64,000 nucleotides of DNA from Felis catus (lineage: Eukaryota). Below are positions 50,459-62,412 of the stretch, one piece after another. The number at the start of each line of letters is the position of its first letter. Within the stretch, counting starts at the first letter, position 1. Location: positions 22,446,001-22,510,000 of the forward strand of contig NC_058368.1 of NCBI RefSeq assembly GCF_018350175.1, read 5' to 3'. The notes under the pieces were generated by a model. The model had not been told where the DNA came from and did not search any database. It was given only the letters and a program-made list of their open reading frames with translations. The position numbers were made by a program, and so were the translations under genes.

Positions 50459-51039
50459 TGGGATGTGACTAGTTAATGTAAAAACAATAGACTTTCCAGT
50501 GAAAAAGAAACCTATCCTTACAAATGAATTTGGAGTTTCCTTTCTTTTCCCCTGTCACTAACTGTTTAGAAATATATTTGGTTCATTTTAAGAAACTTTA
50601 CAGTTGTACTCCAATAATAATAACTGCACTTTAGACTTGAGAAATGCTTCTGTGTCCCAAATTTTAGAGAAATATTAAAATCAACTCTCCATTAACCTGG
50701 GTGTAAGGAGTTGGTGCAGTGCTTTTCAGGCTTCTCAGACTCAAAGCCTCCCTTCATATAACACATGTATTTTGAGATGCTTCTTTCCTATTCTGAAATG
50801 AAATCTGCAGATGGTGTGACCTAAAACGGTACACATAATAAAAAGTAAATGTGAAATACAAATTAGAAAAGAGAAATATAAATAATACAATTTAAAACAG
50901 TATGTATTTCAATACGTAAGTGGCTAAAGTGCAAAATAAATTGTACACATTTCCAAACTATTTCACAGGGCGTAGAACTAATCTGGGGGAGAACCTCTCA
51001 GTGCCTTGCCCTGTCTGATGCTGGGTGATGCAATAAGTG

Positions 51040-51215
51040 AGTTTAGAAGTCAGCTCTCTGTGACGTAGAGCAAGTTCCTTATTTTCTCAGAGCCTTAGCG
51101 TCCTCATTTAAAGGAGGAAATTATCCCACAGGAATGCTGTTTGCATTTCATAACATATTACACGTGAAGCACCTGGAAAAATATCCAGCTCACAACAGGA
51201 CCTTGATGATTATTG
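51040..51215 (+). mobile_element. MIR
   Basis: tgtgac.tagagcaagtt...tctcagagccttag..tcctcattt. Confidence 0.7.
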
Positions 51216-53451
51216 ATTCCTGTCATTTCTTTCCCAGAGAAGTCAAAGTGACCTGTGAGCCCAAGGCTTCTGTGCCCCTTGTGCAAGGTTTAGTCAGTTG
51301 GGCTTCGTGTCTTTCTACTAGGAGAAATGACAAGTGGGAGTAGTTCAAAGATTGAGCTGTTAAAGAAACACTGACTTTTACCGCCTTCCCCGCCTTCACC
51401 AAGTAGATGGAATAAATACAGGTCGGATTTCTAGTTCTTCTCAGCCACGTGTCCTCAGGCAAGTGGCCTTATGCACATTCCAGCTACCTGTCATTGCAGG
51501 TAAGGGCACTTTGCAAGCTGCTGTTAGGCGTGGCGAGGACTGGCTGTGATTTGGAAAGCAATCTGCAGTCTCTGTGTTTCTAGGACAAGCCAAGGTTTAT
51601 GAGGGTTAGGCATTTATAGAGGAAGGTGGAGCTGGTGGAACATTTTTCCTCCATTCTGTGCTATTTATATTATTTGCATTCATTGCTAACTTAATGAAGC
51701 AGAAACCAAAGGGATTTTCTTTTTAATCTTTAAAAAGAATTTGCCAGTTTCTTTTTTAAACTGATAGCCTCCAAACAAAATCCTCTAAAATATTTTGGAG
51801 AACAAAAATGCAGCTTTCCTGAGAACACAACTCAGCTTATACACTCACTTTGCAGTTTAGGAAAAGATTTTCTGTGGGGGTGGTGCATTGAGAGGAAATT
51901 TTAAAGATACGTTTTGCCCAGTTCAGTTAGGAATCCTTGGGAACGATGATATTTTAACGATCGTGTTTCCACTTTCTGAAGGCGTAGCAGAATGCAGACC
52001 TTATTCTGCATAGCAAAATAAGATCCTTTAAAAATTATCTAGAACAGCAAAATGTCATCCCTTATTTTATACCCTCATAAACAACCTCAATTGGATGAAA
52101 AGCGCTTGTGGAATTGCAGGCCTCTCTGGTTACTGCCCCTTCTAGGTTTCCCTTCTCTGCTTGATTCTTCTTTTTGATAAGAGATCAGGTAACCATGACA
52201 ACACTGCACTGTGGAAGTCCTTTCATTTTTGTGCTTTACATAATCCTGAAAATAAATCTGCTATCTGTTTGACATTTGCTTCCTTTTCTTACAAACTTTT
52301 TTTTTTTTCCCCTCTAATCTTAGCACAGTATCTCCTCAAAGAAACTTGCTACTTCAGAGGATTGGCTGCCTCTGATGTGACTTAGTATTAGTAGCATGGC
52401 TGACTTTGCATTCTCTGAGGCTCAGATGCCCGCCACGGATTCTCCCCACACACACCTCAAACTAAATTATAGCTCTCTTATGTCATTATTGAAGACTAGC
52501 AAGACTGTGATAGTTCACTGGAGTCTTTTCTGCTTTGAGGCTAACCGTCCAAGCTCCTGTCATTCAAAATGGCAGCCATTGTTATTAGTTGGGCCCTTAA
52601 AACTCAACCCCACAAGGGCTGGTTTTGTAAAGATAATTCTGACAACAAACTTTCTGAAGCCCACGGATGGAGCACTGATTTTACGCTCAGCCAAAGTTTC
52701 ATGGTTTGATAACGTAGCTGGGCTTAATATTTTCTGAAAAATCAAGATTCTAATATAATTTAATGTATAAATCTTGACATTCTGCTTTTGAAATAAAAAT
52801 GTGTATTGTACCTGCCCGGAAATGTTAGAATTTTGAACCGTACCAAATGACTAGGTTCTTTTTTTTTTTGTCCTATCAGTGAAACAAAAGATTTGATTCC
52901 CTGCAGTAATTTCTAGAGACTCAGTAATGAGGGCCTCTCCCACAACAAAGGTAATGACTCAGTTTTCTACATTAATGGCTCTGTGGAGATGCAGACAAGT
53001 TGAATGCATAATAGTTTGTGGTTAAATGGGAGCAAAATTATCATCAGGCCATTGTTTTGAAAGCAGACCTAGTTCTTATCTTTACCCACTGGCTCGAATT
53101 GTGTTCAGACAAACTGTTATTGATTTGATTTATTTCCCTAATGATTGTGTTCTGCACTCACTCAGGAGCTCTAGTATACAAGACAGGTGGATCTTTCCCC
53201 TGCATGTCTGCCTATTAAGTGTTACTGAGTTTAATGAGTCTTTTCAACAACACCCAACTCCTGAATCTTCAGACAATCTCCTGGGAGTTAGAGCTTAGAG
53301 AAAGGACTGCAGAAAGAGGCCTACTAATTTGTTGCATAACCTTATATTTCCTTTTAAGGATATGTTTGTCCTCCCTGGAACATGTGAGAGTCCACGTGTA
53401 ATCACATGAAGTGTAATCATGTCGCTGTCATTCAAAATGACTGGACATTCA

Positions 53452-53677
53452 GGGGCGCCTGGGTGGCGCAGTCGGTTAAGCGTCCGACTTCAGCCAGGTC
53501 ACGATCTCGCGGTCCGGGAGTTCGAGCCCCGCGTCGGGCTCTGGGCTGATGATAGCTCAGAGCCTGGAGCCTGTTTCCGATTCTGTGTCTCCCTCTCTCT
53601 CTGCCCCTCCCCCGTTCATGCTCTGTCTCTCTCTGTCCCAAAAATAAATAAACGTTGAAAAAAAAAAAATTAAAAAA
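53452..53677 (+). mobile_element. Can-SINE, young subfamily, near consensus
   Basis: ggggcgcctgggtggcgcagtcggttaagcg (A box), ggagttcgagcccc (B box); perfect 18-bp TSD aaaatgactggacattca at 53434-53451 and 53678-53695. Confidence 0.97.
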
Positions 53678-53728
53678 AAAATGACTGGACATTCAAACGA
53701 CCATCATTCAGAACGACTGGGGCAAGCT

Positions 53729-53873
53729 CAGGGCCTCCATGTGCACTGTGGAGGTTGTGCCCTGACTGAGGATATCCAGCAGAGAAAGAGTAAATTCAGC
53801 GGGTTCTGTGTCAGCTCAGAAGAAGGTGCTTTTTTTCTAATTCCCACAAAGATCCTGGCCTGTGGTGGCCTTG
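53729..53873. mobile_element. MER91-like hAT MITE
   Basis: cagggcc...ggttgtgc.ctg...ttttctaattc.cacaaag...gtggccttg termini. Confidence 0.65.
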
Positions 53874-54029
53874 GGTGAATTGCTTTCCTGATATAACTAT
53901 CCACACTTGCCCACATGCACGTACAACATCTCAGCATCAGGATGCTATAGTGATGGCCATCTTGGAGGAAAAGAATAAGAAGGTAGGAGGCGGAGGTAAA
54001 AGGAAAAATTAAAGCACAGACGTCGCAGT

Positions 54030-54250
54030 ATCTTAACAGATGTCAGATTGGCTTCGGATTCCAGATTTGCTGTGACCTGGAGGGCAAGTTACCTATCTCT
54101 CTGTGGTTTTGAATCCTCATCTTAAAATTATACAATCCTACCTCATAGAACTGGTGTGTAGATTCACTGAGATAATGAATGAAGAGCTATTAGTGCAGTG
54201 CCCAGAAAATAGTAAGCACTCAGTAAATATTAACTATAATAATGATGATT
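54030..54250 (+). mobile_element. MIR
   Basis: gctgtgacct..gggcaagttacct...tacctcatag...tagtaagcactcagtaaatatt. Confidence 0.8.
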
Positions 54251-55124
54251 GTCACTCCCCTCTTCCAACCCACACTGTGACCCTCACTGTTTACTTTACC
54301 TGCCACTTTGTAGGAGCCAAAAAATGAGTTCCATGACACTGAGAGGGGTAAGGGGGAAGAGGAAGGAAGGAAACTAGACTATGGGAACCAACAAACCATA
54401 TGGAGATGGCACTTGCATTAAAGGCTACACAGAGTTTTAATCAGCACCACACCTTGAGCCAGGGAGATCCTTTTTAACTCAAACTAGATTGATTTAGGTT
54501 TTGTTTTTGTTTATTTCTGCATCTCACGTCTAGCACTTCTAAATACAGATTAGTCTGTAGATGGCTGAGAGCTTGCCTCCTATAATTACTGCTTTTGAAT
54601 TCAAAAAGTAGAGGGCAGGTCATGTTTTCTTCTTTGTCTCTGACTCACTTCAAAAGAGGAGCAGGTCTTTGGTCTTTTGTCTCTTGCTGTCCAGGGTGGT
54701 CATCTGATCCTTGTATACCCGATGGGCACCCACCTTTAAATACTCGAGGGCACAGGGCCGAGGCCCTCCTCTGTCCACATTTCAAGGCAGCATATGCATG
54801 CTTCTCTTTTAAAAAACTTTTAACTGGAAACCAGCCGGCTTTACAAATAGATATTTAGCCTTAATGGTTTGCCACGAATACTCTCTATGCTGTACTTATA
54901 ATCTATTTAAGCTCTTTAGTGACAGGGAGAAATTCAAGGCTCAGAAAATATGCTTACTTGCTTTAAACAAAATGCCACAATGTCATCTTCAAAGCCTCTG
55001 AGATCCATTTGAAGCAAATGTGTCTAATTTGGTCATTCTTTGAACTTGCTAGATTGAAATACTGTATAGAAATCCCATCTTAAGCCAACTTTTTTTTCCC
55101 CCCAACAGCTGCAAGAATGATAGA

Positions 55125-55255
55125 AAGCGTGCTGGCCTAAGAGTTGTGGCTCTGGGCTGTGGAGTCAGGTCTGCTCTAACTATGACCTTGGGCCAGTCAC
55201 ACCATGTCTTCCTGCCTCAGTTTTGTCACACATAAAGTGGGGAGGTTGAACAGTT
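55125..55255 (+). mobile_element. MIR/MIR3 fragment, continuing after MER45B
   Basis: tgaccttgggccagtcac...tgcctcagttt. Confidence 0.7.
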
Positions 55256-55263
55256 ATATTTAA

Positions 55264-56284
55264 TACGGCTGGCTTCAGAATTTGTGAGGCCCAGTGCAAG
55301 ATGAAAATGTGGACCCCTTGTTCAAAAAGCAGGAGAAAAGGGCTGTAGGTGCTATAACATCACAGGTGTTTCTTTCTCTCATGGTGCTTCAGCTTGTCAT
55401 GGTGTTTTTTAATTTGCCTTTGAATTGAATGCCATTCTGAGTAAAGAATGATTAGAAGGTGAAATTATTTGCATGAATTTTACCATTCATCTTTATGTTT
55501 TGCGATGTCAGCTCTACGTGCAAATGTATGAGTGTTTACCTTGTGTGGAATCACTGATACACAATTAGTATGTTGCAGCTCTTAAATGCATTATGTATTT
55601 TATGTATTTCATTAGAACAGTGGAAACACCGCACACAACTAACTCCACCGTTTTCATCTTGCTTGCTGATCTGTGTACATTCTGTCAACACTCTTTACCT
55701 TCAGTTTACTGATGAGTAAGAACGGACTGCAAGGAAGAGAAACTTGGGATTGCTCTCTTTCCCTCTCTCCAGCAGAAGTGCTAGGCTAAACAGGGAAGGA
55801 ACTAACTCAGGTGAGAGAGCTTAGGACAGGGTTTCTTGATTGTTCTCACTTCTTAGAATGCTATTGCCATCTTTCTGCATTGGAAGCAAATTCTGTTTCA
55901 ATCACGCCTCTTGGGGGCTGTCACTTCCCTCCCGTCCACCTATTCATTGTAGAAGTAACATGCTTGCCTCTTTCTCCCTCAGAGCCACGATGAACTCCCA
56001 TGCTCTGGAGTTCTGTGCTCCTGTGACGTCAGGAATGCTACCTGCTATATGCTGTTGGGGTGGTAAAGAACTCCGGCCGGACACACATGTTGCATGTATC
56101 TTCTCGGCTTGCACACATGCCACGTTATCCCCACCATTTACAAAACACAAGTTCGAAGATGAAATCATTCAAAGTTTCAAGATAGACCGCAGGTGCATAT
56201 GTATCATTAAAGCTGGGGCAGTGTCCATCTGAGGGCAGGACTCTGTGACAGTGCAGGTCTCCTAGGCCCACAAAGCCTGCCCCG
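55264..56284 (+). mobile_element. MER45B-like hAT-Tip100 element, about 1.02 kb
   Basis: aatttgtgaggcccagtgcaagatgaaaatgtggaccccttgttcaaaa left end and MER45-type right end; 8-bp TSD at(a/c)tttaa at 55256-55263 and 56285-56292. Confidence 0.85.
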
Positions 56285-56429
56285 ATCTTTAAATTTCTAG
56301 ATCCCATGTAATGATCTAATTGTAGCAAGCTGTTACTCATTCTCGGGCATTTTTAAAATCTTTATTGAGTGACTTTATAGAGCAGCTTTTTAAAACCTAA
56401 GGAATTTCCAATCAGATCATGACATTTAA

Positions 56430-56612
56430 AAAAAAATCAGCATTATTGAAGTACAATTTACATACATAAAATTCACTCGCCACAAACGAACAGCTAGATT
56501 ATTTTTATTAAATGTATAGTGCACCCGTCACCACAATCCAGGTTTAGAACACTACCTCATGCCCGCTTGCATTTAATTCACATTCCCAGCCCAGCCCAGG
56601 TGACAACTGCTC
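56430..56612 (-). mobile_element. L1MB-type 3' end
   Basis: ttattgaagtacaatttacatacataaaattcac...caccacaatccaggtttagaaca. Confidence 0.75.
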
Positions 56613-56959
56613 ATGTCATTTATGCGGCAACTCTAATGGACAAAATGCACCATGACAGTTCTGGTTCTGTTAGACACAAGGAAGAAATTCCGGGAACTTT
56701 GGCTGTTTGGAGTAAGGCTTCCCAAAACGTGGGAGGTGCCTGGAGAAGGACGTGGGCAAAGATTACCCCTATGGAAGTGCCTTTGTGTGGATTTAAAAAG
56801 TGTGCCTCTGTCAGACAGGCTGTATTTTCTTCTTCACTTCCTGTCACCAGCCCCACCTCCAGCTTGGGGCTCCTCTGCAGTCACAACCTGTAGAACTTTC
56901 CTAAGAACAGTGGTCTTAGGAAAGGGACTGGCAACGAGGGTTGGGAAGGGGAACTTAGG

Positions 56960-57135
56960 AGCACCACCCTCGATGAGCTTGGGCAACTTATTAAGGCCTC
57001 TTACTAACATCTGCACTGTGAGCATAGTAGGATTGACCTTACAGAGCTGGCATGGGGGCAAAGGGTGGCATGAGGAATCGTGCATTTAAAGCCTCTAATG
57101 CACAGTGCTCCAAGATATTGGTGATGTTGTTGGCT
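56960..57135 (+). mobile_element. MIR fragment
   Basis: cttgggcaactta..aaggcctc...catctg...accttacagagctgg. Confidence 0.55.
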
Positions 57136-57224
57136 GAAGAGTGTCATGAGTGCCATTGTTTTCAGCACTGTATCCAGTAGCAGCAACCCTCCCTCTTTAA
57201 ATGCTTAAATTATCAAATGTGTTT

Positions 57225-57379
57225 GGGCACCTGGGCGGCTCAGTCAGTTAAGCATCCAACTCTTGATTTCGGCACAGGTCATGATCTCAGGGTTGTAAGA
57301 TCAAGTTCCAAGTCAGGCTCCACACTGAGCTTAAAATTCTCTCTCTCCCACTCCTTCTGCCCATCTTCTGCTCGTTCTT
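57225..57379 (+). mobile_element. Older Can-SINE lacking its A-tail
   Basis: gggcacctgggcggctcagtcagttaagcatccaactcttgatttc; 3' end lost. Confidence 0.85.
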
Positions 57380-58491
57380 GATGGACTACACTTCCAACTC
57401 TATTTTGAATTTTAGAACAAAAATCAACAGGTACATAAGATTTCATTTAAAATTTTCACTCTAGGGATGCTTTGCTGAAACACAGCTATTCTGTGAGTCC
57501 AATATTCCTTCTTTCTTTACTTTCATTTAACCAAAGAGCTCTTTACATGCACATAGGTGTCTGCTAATTGCTAGTTTTTTTCACTCTAATTTATATGACT
57601 TAACTATCAGTGTCCCATTTATTAAACAAAGAGGATAGATTGCAGAGATCCTAGGGGTTTCTTCCAGTTCTAAAATGCAGTGATCAGTGGTTACCTCTGG
57701 GGAAAGAAGAAACACATGCAAAGAAAAGCCACTGTCTATTTAGGTAGAATTTCTTCTCATATCATCTCTTAATTCCTTTTTTTTCTGACTACTTGTAATA
57801 AAATTGGTAGGTACTGTAACTGACCAAATCCCAGCTGTGACCTCATAGCAGGAGAAAGCATCAAAATTTGGGTTCTTCTCTCTTCTAGTCTTTGAAAATT
57901 GGTGGGAAGCAACCTCCTGGCTCTATTTGGCTTCTGGGTGTTATCATGGAGTGGGGCAGGTTTGCTGTGAAGCAAAGAAAGGAGGTGAGTAAGGAAAGTG
58001 TGAAGTCTGTATTGGGCATCATATGATGCCCCCACATGCATCCCAGTGGATGAAAGTGCTGTAACCATTCTTTATCCTTGACTCTGAACTATAATGGGAT
58101 TCGAGTGAATTTAGTCTTTTCTGGTTAAAAAGTAATTAGTGACAGCTTTGCCCTTTTTATGAATGACACCCCTGCCTGTCTTTTTATCATGAGAAATGAT
58201 TTTAAAAGATGACCTGTTTTTACAGATGTAAAAGGGACATTTAAAAGGATTTGAGTCCAGTTCTTTCTTTTTAAAATTTTCTATTATGGAATACATAAAA
58301 GCAGGGAGATCAACATGATAAGGCCCCATGTACCCGTCACCTATATTTAACAATGATCACTCCAGCCAATCTTGTTTCCTCTGCAGTATCCCCACTACTC
58401 ACCATCCCCCATAGATTATTTTGCAATAAATCACTGACATCATGTCCTATCATTTGTAATGTTGTACTATATATCTCTGAAATTGAATACT

Positions 58492-58697
58492 TTTTTTAAA
58501 AAAAAAGTTTATTTATTTTTGAGAGAGAGAGCACGAACAGGGAGGGACAGAGAGAGAGGGAGAGGGAGAATCCCAAGGGGGCTCTGCACTGTCAGCACAG
58601 AGCCTGAAATAGGGCTTAAACTCATGAACTGTGAAATCATGACCTGAGTCAAAATGAAGAGTTGGATGCCCAACTGACTGAGCCACCCAGGCTCCCC
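58492..58697 (-). mobile_element. Can-SINE
   Basis: Complete reverse-complement body ending gagccacccaggctcccc. Confidence 0.93.
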
Positions 58698-58772
58698 AGA
58701 AATGTAAATACCTTTTAATAAAAATACAACCAGAATATATGATCACATCTCAAAAAAAGAAAGAAAATGATA

Positions 58773-59417
58773 TGGGAATGCAAGCTGGTGCAGTCACTCT
58801 GGAAAACAGTATGGAGTTTCCTCAAAAAAAAAAAATAAAATAGAACTACCCTATGACTGAGCAATTGCACTACTAGGCATTTATCCAAGGGATACAAGTG
58901 TGCTGTTTCTAAGGGACACATGCACCCCCGTGTTTATAGCAGCACTATTAACAATAGCCAAAGTATGGAAAGAGTCCAAATGTCTATCAATGGATGAATG
59001 GATAAAGAAGATGTGGTATATATATATATACAATAGAGTATTACTCTACAATCAAAAAGAATGAAATCATGCCATTTGCAACTGCGTGGATGGAACTGGA
59101 GGGTATTATGCTAAATGAAATTAGTCAGTCATAGAAAGACAAAAATCATATGACTTCATTCATGTGAGGACTTTAAGAGACAAAACAGAGGAACATAATG
59201 GAAGGGAAACAAAAATAATATAAAAACAAGGAGGGGGACAAAACAGAAGAGACTCATAAATATGGAGAACAAACAGAGGGTTACTGAAGAGGTTGTGGGA
59301 GGGGGGATGGGCTAAATGGGTAAGGGGGACTAAGGAGTCCACTCCTGAAATCATTGTTGCACTATATGCTAACTAATTTGGATGTAAATTAAAAAAAATA
59401 AAAAATAAAATAAAAAA
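58773..59417 (+). mobile_element. Carnivore/felid L1, 5'-truncated
   Basis: ORF2 tail and 3' UTR; TSD aagaaaatgata at 58761-58772 and 59418-59429. Confidence 0.95.
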
Positions 59418-59562
59418 AAGAAAATGATAATTAATACCGTAATATCAGCAGATACTCAGCAGTCAAATGTTTTTCATCATCTAAGTTTTTTCACAGTTGG
59501 TTTAGGATTCAGATAAGGTCTATATATTGCAGTTTGTAAATTTGTCTCATAAGTCCCTAATC

Positions 59563-59739
59563 TAGTGGTTCTCAAAGTATGGTCCCCAGACCAGAAACAT
59601 CAATATCACCTGAGATCTTCTTAGAAATGCAAATTCTCTGGCATTAGCCAAGACTCCTTGAATCAGAAACCCTGGGGGTGGGTCTCCACAAACTGCCTTC
59701 TGGGTGATTCTGATATACCCTGAAGTTTGAGAAGCTCTG
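59563..59739 (+). mobile_element. MER5A (hAT-Charlie)
   Basis: agtggttctcaaagtatggtccccagaccag...ttagaaatgcaaattctc...aagtttgagaa. Confidence 0.9.
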
Positions 59740-60138
59740 CTCTACTCTTTGGGTTCTCTCTCTCTCTCTGTAATATATTTGTTTAAGAAACTGATCACAT
59801 GTCCTATACAGTTCCCCTTAGAGTGGATCTTGCCAATAACGTTCCTATAGTAATTTAACAATTCTTTTTTTAGCAAAACAAATGTTACACATGCTTACTT
59901 CATATGAATCAATTTATTTAAGCATTGGAAAGTCAGCATTATGAGCTACTATCAATTGACAGTACTGGTTACTGTTCTGTCAATTTGAAAGTGTGACTAA
60001 GAGAAACCAATGTGTGTTTTGGAACTATTTCTTTATTTTTGTTATTAAAGTCAGAAATATTCCATGTTTGGACTTGATGCCATGCCTGCTAAACCACATT
60101 ACAGCCTTCTTAACACACTGTTAAAAAGCTGACACATC

Positions 60139-60322
60139 CAGCGGCATGATAGTAAGCCAGTAATTTGGGGGGACTCCCTTAGTTTATAGTATCTCTGTGG
60201 TGTAAACACTCCCCATGGCTGACTTCAGGCTACCAATGTGATGCCACTAAACTCTGACTTGGGAATACACGGGCACAATCAGTGGTCATGAGCTAGTAGC
60301 AGGTGGCTCCAGCATATCACTG
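60139..60322 (-). mobile_element. MER63A-like hAT MITE
   Basis: gtggtgtaaacactcccc..atggctga.ttcaggctaccaa...ggctccagcatatcactg. Confidence 0.8.
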
Positions 60323-60425
60323 GCATGGCTCACTTAGAATCTGGTATTAACAGCTGCAATAACTTGAGTAGTATAGGCAAAACCCATTATTTTCTTTTGG
60401 ATCTGTGAGTCTGAACTAAGGTGCA

Positions 60426-61105
60426 TGCAATAGTTAATTTTATGTGTCAGTTTGATGGGGCCACATCAAAGTGCCCAGAGAGTTGGTCAAACATTATTCT
60501 AGATGTTCCAGTGAGGATGTTTTTTGGAGGAGGTTAATATTTAAGTTGGTGGACTTTGAGTAAAGCAGACTGCCTTCCCCATTGAGTGGGCTTCATCCAA
60601 TCAGCTGAAGACCTTAATAGAATGAAGAATGACTTTCCACCAGGAAAAGGAAATTCTGCTGGCAGTCTGCCTTTGGACTCAAACTGCAACATCAACTCTT
60701 CCCTGGGTCTCCAGCCTGCCCATCTTCCTGCAAATTTTGGACTTAACAGCCTCCACAATCATGTGAGCCAATTCCTTAAAATAAATATCTCTCTCGGGAG
60801 GGAGGCAAACTATGAGAGACTCTTAAATACAGAGAACAAATTGAGGGTGGATAAGGAAGTGGGGGAGAGGGGAAAATGGGTGATGGGCACTGAGGAGGGC
60901 ACTTGTTGGGATGAGCACTGGGTGTTGTATGTAACCGATGAACCACAAGAATCTACCCCAAAAACCAAGAGCACACATTACACACTGTATGTTAGCCAAT
61001 TTGACAATAAATTATATTAAAAAAAATAAATGTCACATCCAGAAATGCCGAAAGAAAACAGAATCTCTCTCTCTTTCTCTTCCCACACCTATATGTGTGT
61101 GTGTT

Positions 61106-61136
<31 letters not shown>

Positions 61137-61176
61137 TATTGGTTCTATTTATTTTCTGTAAAACTAAGTCACCATA
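60426..61176 (+). mobile_element. ERVL MLT2 solo LTR interrupted by an L1 3' end
   Basis: gttaattttatgtgtca...tggtcaaacattattct...ctttgagtaaagcaga...catgtgagccaattccttaaaataaat...ctattggttct. Confidence 0.9.
60796..61030 (+). mobile_element. Felid L1 3' UTR fragment
   Basis: gagactcttaaatacagagaacaaa...ggatgagcactgggtgttgtatg...caatttgacaataaattatattaaaa; atctctctc on both flanks. Confidence 0.9.
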
Positions 61177-62338
61177 AAACTTGAAAATTTTTTATATAAA
61201 AATGTCAGTCATAACACTAATTGTATAACCCCCTAATACACTGGGTTCTGCAATTGGACAAGCACTAAAGTAAGGTTCCTTCTTTCGCAAGCATCTCCCT
61301 GCTTTTCTACAGCACTTAAAATTCCCATGTCACTCACATAAGGTAAGTCTTTGCTACTTCCTGTTAAAATACAGAGCAGGACAACGATCAGGCCAGTGTC
61401 AGCTATTAGTATTTTAATGGGCTGCATGTGCAGACTTTCTGTCCGGTCAGCCCTGAGAAATCTGTGCAGACAAGTTCTGGATGTGTTTTGGAGCCCCCCT
61501 GAGCAGCTAGGGATCCTCATGAAGCTCTATCTAGGTCACAAGTGGGTCTCCATTGACTAATTTATGTATGTAAGCATATCCCTTCTGGGTGGATTTAGGA
61601 TGGCTTACACACAAATATATAGTACAGCAATGTCAAAGGGGTAAAAAAAATATGGCAAAAGGAAAATGATGGTAAGAGAATAGGTGGAGCCAGGGACAAG
61701 ATGAATATGCAAATTACATTTCTTGAAATTCTGTGTGCTTATAGAGGTGAGCCATGCATTTGAATTAAAATATTTTAGCAGGATGTATAAAGCAGAGTAA
61801 AATAAGTCAAATAATATAGAAGATTTAAAAAAACACAATCCATTGCTTAGATAAGTCCAAGTACTTCTGTCATTGAGACTAGAGTGAGATTTCTTCAGTA
61901 GGTCTTTTAAAAGAGTTCACTGAATAATGTAAACAATAATGTCTTTGCAACATCTTTGGACTAAATGAAGTGAAAAGCTTCAAAGGAACCCTTTTAATAA
62001 TACTTTTTATTTAGCCAAGGACATTACATTAAAGCGCAATTCAATAGAGGCACTTATGCTGATAACCACAATGATGCATCCCAGGTGTGAAGTCACTGGT
62101 GATCTGGTTTCATCTAGGGATAAGTTATAAATTATCTAGTTGTTCTCAGGTACCAGTCTGGCAGTCAGTGATGAAATTTCCATGGGCTCATGATGAAAAT
62201 GAAAAACAGTGCAGTGAGTAGTGAATTTTCCATAGTACTAAATTACCATAAAATGTCAATTTAAGAAACTATCCTTTTGTTACACCCTTACTTGGTAAAA
62301 GAAGTTAGCAATCTATGTCCATAACCATTATAAGATTT

Positions 62339-62368
62339 AAAAAAATTTTTTTTAATGTTTATTCATTT

Positions 62369-62412
<44 letters not shown>

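Larger units (their letters stand above)
58265..59860 (-). mobile_element. Ancient L1MC-type 3' region hosting a SINE, an L1 and MER5A
   Basis: ccccatgtacccgtcacc...gccaatcttgtttc...gattattttgcaa; resumes between the inserts. Confidence 0.6.

Noticed and set aside
52557..53439. 15-bp direct repeat ctgtcattcaaaatg at 52557 and 53425
   Set aside because: No flanking similarity; a 15-mer match is expected by chance in a window this size
53452..53530. tRNA gene suggested by A and B boxes
   Set aside because: It is the tRNA-derived head of a Can-SINE, with CT tract, A-tail and TSD
55811..57089. Longest ORFs (124-145 aa) as possible genes or transposase
   Set aside because: Overlapping ORFs on both strands, partly within MER45B, L1 and MIR remnants; no recognisable domain
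60586..61020. 144-aa ORF
   Set aside because: Chance read-through from the MLT2 LTR into an L1 3' UTR
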